Source: Rebecca billardiae RCC1528 (lineage: Eukaryota > Protista > Haptophyta). From it: a stretch of DNA of 64,000 nt. The notes below the pieces were generated by a model. That model saw nothing but the letters and a program-made list of their open reading frames with translations, was not told the DNA's origin and ran no database searches. The stretch is from assembly GCA_965240325.2 (NCBI GenBank), contig OZ251225.1, positions 2,976,001-3,040,000 of the forward strand. The letters run 5' to 3'. The position numbers and the translations under genes are program-made. Each line of letters begins with the position of its first letter. Position 1 is the stretch's first letter. Positions 57,688-64,000 of the stretch are shown in pieces.

Positions 57688-60600
57688 TCAGCCGCCGAAG
57701 ATGGCCTTGAGGCCCGACTGGATGCTGGAGACGCACACGCCCACCGTGTTGGCGAGGATCTCGGCAAACAGCTCGCCCACCACGTCGTTCGACGTGAGCA
57801 TGTCGATCAGGAAGGGCGCGATGATGCTCAGCGCGATCAGGATGGGCTCCTGTGCCGCGTGCGCAAGCCGAGAGAGAGACGGCCGCCGGACGGCGCGCGG
57901 CCGCGCGCACGGACGCAGCGGGGCAGAGGATGAGTGACGAGCCGCGCGGCGCGGCGCGGCGCGCGGCGGGTGGATGGCTGCGCCGCGAGGCGCCGCTCGC
58001 GGCCTCGCACCTCCACAAAGTACGTCTGCCCCTCCGCGAACGTCCAGCTGAAGAGCAGCAGCCGCGTCTTCTCGGGCCCGAAGACGAAGGCGTACGTGAG
58101 CGCAATGGCGGCGAGCGCGGCAAAGAAGAGCCACATGATCAGCCAGGTGATCGCGATCTTGGCGGGGCGCGGCAGAGTCACGTACGGCTTGAGCCGCGCC
58201 CACTGCTTGCGCCACCCCTTCTGCCGCCGCGCCTCGCGCCACACCGCCTCCTTGACGATGCCGTCGTACCACCAGACTGCGCGCGGCGGGGGCGGGCGCC
58301 GCGGCCGAGCGGGCCGCGCCCGGGACGGGGGCGGGCGGAGGGAAGCGCGCGCGGCGTGAGACAAGGGCGGTGAGCGCGCGTGCGGTGCGCGCGCGCGCGC
58401 GGTGCGCGGTGCACACGGCGCGCACCAAGCTCGGGCAGCGTGATCTTGCCGTTGCCCGACTCGTCGAGCTGCTGCGCGAGCTGCCCCAGCTTGCGCCTCG
58501 AGAGCGTGAAGCCCAGGTCCTTCACCAGCTGCCCCAGCTCCTGCGTGGACACGTATCCCGAGTCGTCGCGGTCGTACTTGATGAACTTGGCGCGCAGCTG
58601 GCGCACTGTCGCCTCGTCGAGGTCGTGCTGCACGTCGTCGAGCGAGAGCATCTGCTGCCGCCGCTCCGAGCGCCAGCCGGTCAGCTTGGCTCGGATCTGC
58701 TTGGCTGTCTTCTTCGGCGTGCCGAAGAGGATCGCCATGTTGAGCCCGCCGCCGCCGGGCCTCCGCGCGCCGCTGCCGCCGCCCGCCGCCGGCGGCTGCT
58801 GCTGCTGCTGCTCGGCAGACGGCGTCGAGTCCGCCGCCTCGGTGTCGGCGGTCTGCGGCCGCGAGCCCGGCGGCGTGGGCGCGGGCGGGCGCACGCGCGA
58901 GAAGGCGCGCGCGGAGGGGCCCGAGGCGGAGGTGCTGCGCGACGCCGGCCCCGGCGTGCCGTCTCTCTCGCCGCACGCGCCGCACGCGCCGTCGCCCGCC
59001 TGCGGCCGACTCGCGCCGCCCTCGCCCTCGCCCTCCTCGCGCGGCGGCGGCGGGCGCGGCGGCGGCGGCGCGGCCGGCGGCGGCCCCGGCGGGCGCTCGG
59101 CCGGCGGGCGCGGCTGCGGCGGCGGCGGCGGCGGCGGGCGCGAGGGCGCGGCGGAGGACGAGGCGCACGCGCTCTCGCCCTCGGCAAGCGCGGCCGGGGT
59201 CGCCGCGGGCGCACCGCCGCCCCTCTCCGGGTGGATCGCCGCCGCGCCCGCCGCCGTGGCGGCGGCGGCGGCGCTCGCTGCGGCGGTGGGCGTGGGCAGC
59301 ACGCGCCCGCACGAGGCCGCGCCGGCGGGCAACGCGGCGGGCACGCCCGCCGCCGCCGCGCCTGGCGCGGCGGCGCCCTCCGGGCGGACGCCAGGTGCGG
59401 ATGGACGCGACGGGCGCGACGGGCGCGACGGGCGCGCCGAGCGGTAGCGCGCGACGCCGGACGGCTCCGTCTCCGCTGCCGCGCCCTCGGCGCCCAGCGC
59501 GCCGCTGCCCGAGCCCGAGCCGCCCTTGGCCGCCCTGGGCGGCGGCGGCGGCGTGCCCGGCACAGGCAGCAGTCCCTCCCGGGACACGTCCTGCTCGATG
59601 GCCTCCTTCACCTCGGGCCTGACGCGGCCGACGAGCTGCGAGTCCGCCTCCGCCTGCGCGCCGCCGAGCAGCGTCTGCCCGAACCGCTCCGCCAGCGGCG
59701 AGTTGCGCGCGTAGCCCCACGTGTACAGCGCGCGCCAGACCATCAGCGCGGGGATGCAGAGCGCGGCCGTCACGAGCGCGGTGTACACGACGAAGAGCAA
59801 GTTGATCGGCCCGTCGGACGGCGCGGACCACAGCATGCACTCGATCACGAGCGAGAGCATGCAGATGTTCCAGAACTGCTGCGCGAGCTCCGAGCGCTTC
59901 GACTCGGCCGGGTCGCCAAACCAGAGGCCGAGCAGCGAGTGGTCCGTGCCGATGCGCTCGAGGATCGTGCGCGCGAGCGTCGTGCACGAGTGCGTCCCCG
60001 AGCCGTCGCGCCTGTCGCGGGCAAAGTCCATCAGCCCGCGCACCTGCTTGCGCGCGAGCCGGCCGCGCGCCACCTTTTGGATCACGATGGCGGCGCGCTC
60101 GGCCTGCTGCGCCATGCTCGCGTCCAGCCGGTCGAGGTTGCGCTCGAGCGCCTGCGTGAGCACCTGCGCGCGCGTGCGCTCCTCCGCGGCCGCCTCCGCC
60201 TCGGCCCTCTTCGCGCGGCCGCTCGCCTCCCACCAGTCGCGCGCACACAGCAGGGCCACCGACAGCCCGCACGCGCCGCTCATCGCGAGAATGAGGCCGT
60301 AGATGTACGGGTTCTGCTCGATGCGCTCGACCAGCTGCTCGGGCGTGACGACGAGCGCCTCGCGCGCGTCCTCCGCGCTGAACGTGTTCACGCCGCGGCC
60401 GAACTCCTCAGAGTCGTCGGCGAGCTCCTCGGGCGTGCTCGGCACGGCGATCCCGCCAAAGTCTGCGCGTGCGCCGGTGCGCGGCGCGCGCGGTGTGGGC
60501 GGGCGCGCGCGTGAGCCGGCGCGCGCGCGGCGCGCGTCGCTGGGCGCGCGGCGGACCTGTGAGGTGGTTGCACGCGCAGTACAGCAGCGACGGGTCCGCG

Positions 60601-63600
60601 CCCGCCGGCAGCGGCTGCGCCGCCGTGGGCAGCGTCGCGCAGCCGTCGGACGCCCACTGCGCGGTGCTCTCGTTCCAAAAGTGGCACGTGGCGCGCACGG
60701 TGCAGCGCGCGCCGTAGTAGGGCGTGCGGCACGCGCACGCGCCGCCGACGCACTCGCCGCGCCCCGCGGCGGCGTTGCAGAAGTCGAGCTCCGAGCAGTC
60801 CCCCGTGCCGTTCCCACCGCCGCCGCCGCCCTCCGCCGCCGCGCTCAGCGGGATCGCGATCAGGATCGGCTCGGGCAGGCCCGCGATCGGCAGCGCGGCG
60901 CCGCTCGAGGCCGAGGCGAAGGCGAGCGAGAAGACGCCCGTCTGCAGCTCGCCCAGGCTGCCGCCCGCGTCGCCGCCCGAGCCGCTCGCCGACTGGTTGG
61001 TCGGGTCGCCGTGGGTGTTCCGGCCGAACGCATACATGAGCACGTCCACGCCGCCGGCCGTGCCCGTCTGGTTGGCAAGCGCGCTCGAGGGCACGTCGAC
61101 CGCGCCCGCGCCGCCCGGCCCGGAGAGGGTGCCGTTGGCGAGGGAGGAGGCGGACTTGCGGCTGGCGGAGACGTTGACGTTCGCGCCGATCGCCTCCGTC
61201 GCCTCCTCGTCCGCCACCAGCCCGACGAGGAACGAGCTGCCCAGCCCGGCGGCCGCCTGCGCCGCGAGCGCGTTGACCTCGTCGTTGAGCGCGGCCGCCT
61301 GCGCGCTCGCGTTCACGCCCAGCACCGCGTCCATCGCGGAGAGCAGGTTGGCGGCGGTGGAGGCGTCGATGCCGGCGGAGGCGGCCTGGCCGGCGAGCGC
61401 GGCGACCTGCGCCAGCCCGCTCGTCTGCGCGCTCGCGTCGATCGCCTCCGGGTTGGCGAGCACCGCGGCGAGCGTGCGGCTCGACTGCTTGCGGGAGGTG
61501 GCGGTGGAGACGGTGCGCGCGGACGCGTCCGCGACGATGGCGAGCATGTCGTTGACGATGGCGGCGGTGGCGTTGGTGTCGTTCGAGGCGAGCACGGCGG
61601 GCAGCGCGGCGACCGACGAGACCAGCTGGTTCGCCTTCGACGTCGCGCCCACGTCCACCGCCTCCTCCGCCTCGCTGAGCGCCGAGGCGATCGAGAAGAG
61701 ATCGGCGGCGCTCGGCTCGAGCACGGTCGCGGCCGCGGACGCGCCCGACGCGGCGCCGTAAAAGTCGAGCACGCGGACGGAGAGGACGAGCTGGCCGACG
61801 GGGAGGAACGCGGCGATCGTCGGCGTGCGCACGCGCTCGGACAGCGCCGCCGACGTCAGCCCCTCCGCCGCGCGCCGGTACTGGAAGGCGTATGCGAGCG
61901 GCAGGTCCTCCGCGTCGTCCGTCCACGAGCGCGCCTCGAGCGAGAACTCGTCGAGGATGGCGGTGCCCTCGGCGGGGGTGATGACGAGGGTGCCGCCGAA
62001 GGGCGGGCGGTTCATCAGCACCTTCACCTCCGCGAACGCCGGCTGCTCGCCCCCCGTCACCGTCAGCGCGAACGAGTAGAGCGCGCCGGCGCGCAGCACG
62101 CCCGAGCGGAAGGCGAGCGTCGGCCCGGCGGCGCCGGTCGTCGTGACGGCGGCGGACGCGAGGTCGAAGGGCGCGGGCACCTCGACGCCGGAGACGATGG
62201 TGGACGCGCGCCACTCGTACGCGAAGCTCACCTCGCCGCGCGCCGCGAGCGCCGCCGAGCGCGCGTCCACGCTCGTCTCCAGCGCCACGCGCTGCGTGCC
62301 CAGCTCCCAGCTCGGGTTGTACTTGAGCGCGGCCAGCGGCGCAAACGAGATCGTGGGCACGAGCCCAAGCACGACCTCGACGTTGACGGAGGCGGAGACG
62401 CGCTGCACGGGCCAGCCGGCCTTGGAGAGGGTGAGCGTCACGCTCCAGTTCCCCACCTCGAGCTCGCCGCGCGGCACGAACAGCACGCGCGCGCTCGCGT
62501 TCACGGCCGCGCCGAACGCCGACTCGAAGACGCCGGTGCCGTTCACGCGCGCGAGCGACCAATCAAACTCGAGCTCGGCGTCGACGGGCGCGCCGGCGTC
62601 GTCGAGGACGAGCGGGACGTTGGGGTCGTACGAGGCGGACGCGTCGATCGCGACGTCCGACTCGGTGGAGACGCGCCGGTCGCCGCCCGAGACAATCGCC
62701 TGCAGCGGCTGCGACTCCACGACCAGCAGCACGGTCGCGCTCGACGCCGCGCTCGGGTCGGCCGCCATCGCCGCGCGCAGCCGCAGCTCGTACGTGTACG
62801 TGGGGAGCAGCGTGTACGCGTCGAGGAGGAGGGAGGGCTGGTCCGGCTCGAGCAGCCGCAGCGCGGGCAGCGCGGCGGGCTCGCCCGTCGCCGTCACCGT
62901 CGCGTTGAGCTGCGCCCACGAGAAGTCGATCGTGGCGGAGTCGTTGGCCGGCCAGCAGTCGGCGAGCCGCGCGTTGCCGAGCAGCAGCACCTCGGACGAG
63001 GGGCGCGTGGTCAGCCGGTACGGGCCGTCGATCACGAGGGAGGGGTTGGCGCCGCCGGAGCGCGTGACGGTCCAGCGCTCCACCGCCGACTCGAACCCGA
63101 GGAACGACGCGACGCGCAGCAGGAACACGTACTGCGAGCCGTCGCCCGCCAGCCGGAAGTTGGCGCCCAGGTCAGACGGGATGCGCAGAACGTCGCGGTC
63201 TGGGGGCAGGCTCGCCAGCCGCGCGTTCAGCTCGTCGGCGATGTCGGAGAGGGCGGGGTCGACGCGCCACGTGTACTGCAGCGCCTTGATCCCGCCGCCG
63301 GACGACGCCGACGCGTCCAGCCGGATCTCCGCGTCGGGGCAGTTCGAGACCAGCGTCGGGCCGTTGAGCGCCGCGACCGGCCGCACGCACGCGGCGCACG
63401 GGAAGTCGACGTCGATGGTCGCGCTGAGGCCGACGGCGCACTCGACGGCGCCGGGGCACGCGCGGCCGAGGCCGAAGGGCCAGAGGACGTTGTCGCGCAG
63501 CGAGACCGTCGAGCCGGGCGCGAGCCCCGTCTGCGCGTTCAGCTGCGCCACCAGCGTCACGTCGTCGCGCCAGAAGCACTCGGGCTCGCTCTCGGCGGCG

Positions 63601-64000
63601 CCGCGGATCAGCGCGACGGTCGCGTCGTCAAAGACGACGGCGCACGGCGCGACGGAGGTCATGCCCGCGCGGTTGGTGGGCTGCGGGTCGAAGGTGAGGA
63701 CGAGCGTGGTCGCCGCGTCGTTGAACAGCGCCGAGACGATCGCCGGCTCGTGCAGCCCGTCGAAGCGGTACGCCAGCGCCGCGTCGGTGTACTGCTGCCC
63801 GTTGAGCGAGACGCTCACGGCCGCGCCGCCTTGCTTGCCGTACGACGTCACCTGCACGATCGAGGCGTCGGTGTACGACTCGGGCGCGGGGCCGACGGTG
63901 GGGCCGTAGCGCACGCGCAGGAACGAGGCCGTCGGCGCGCCGTACCCCACCTCGGCGTCCGCGAGCGCGCGGAACCCCGAGCCGCTGATCGTGGTGCGCG
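57688..64000 (-). CDS. Polycystin-1-like REJ/GPS membrane protein with EGF-like, IQ and EF-hand modules (5'-partial); introns 60463-60556, 58277-58425, 57850-58010
   Basis: REJ motifs LDASAS, IDASASYDP, NRPPFGGTLVITP...WTDDAEDLPLAYAF; GPS CHFWN...WASDGC...CACNHLTDF after splicing; IQKVARGRLARK; DRDDSGYVSTQEL and DESGNGKITLPEL. Confidence 0.88.

Overview
Very GC-rich eukaryotic nuclear DNA with short GT-AG spliceosomal introns full of (GC)n runs. The style suggests a haptophyte alga, e.g. Pavlovales/Diacronema-like (inference only). Housekeeping genes: LipB, PAQR, a GT2/GT92-like glycosyltransferase, PLRG1/Prp46, RUS1, a hybrid histidine kinase, a FUT8/NodZ-like fucosyltransferase, ArfGAP and a REJ/GPS polycystin-like receptor. 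These are interleaved with accessory, repeat-rich blocks. The most striking content is a set of fast-diversifying recognition-type genes. (1) Tandem genes made almost entirely of near-identical 114-bp EsV-1-7 Cys/His repeats with two hypervariable, shuffled patches per unit, inside a direct-repeat-bounded segment that also holds a DIRS-type RT relic. (2) Two Sel1-repeat/MYND genes whose 108-bp units have a DNA-identical constant half and a hypervariable half. (3) A nucleoside-hydrolase/transmembrane/TIR-like fusion. (4) Two F-box/RCC1 paralogues plus a pseudogene. Also present: a duplicated P/S/T-rich surface-protein gene built from tandem symmetric phase-1 micro-exons, a three-family satellite block, and about 1.1-1.5 kb inverted repeats around two genes. 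Most other ORFs in the track are GC-driven shadow frames.
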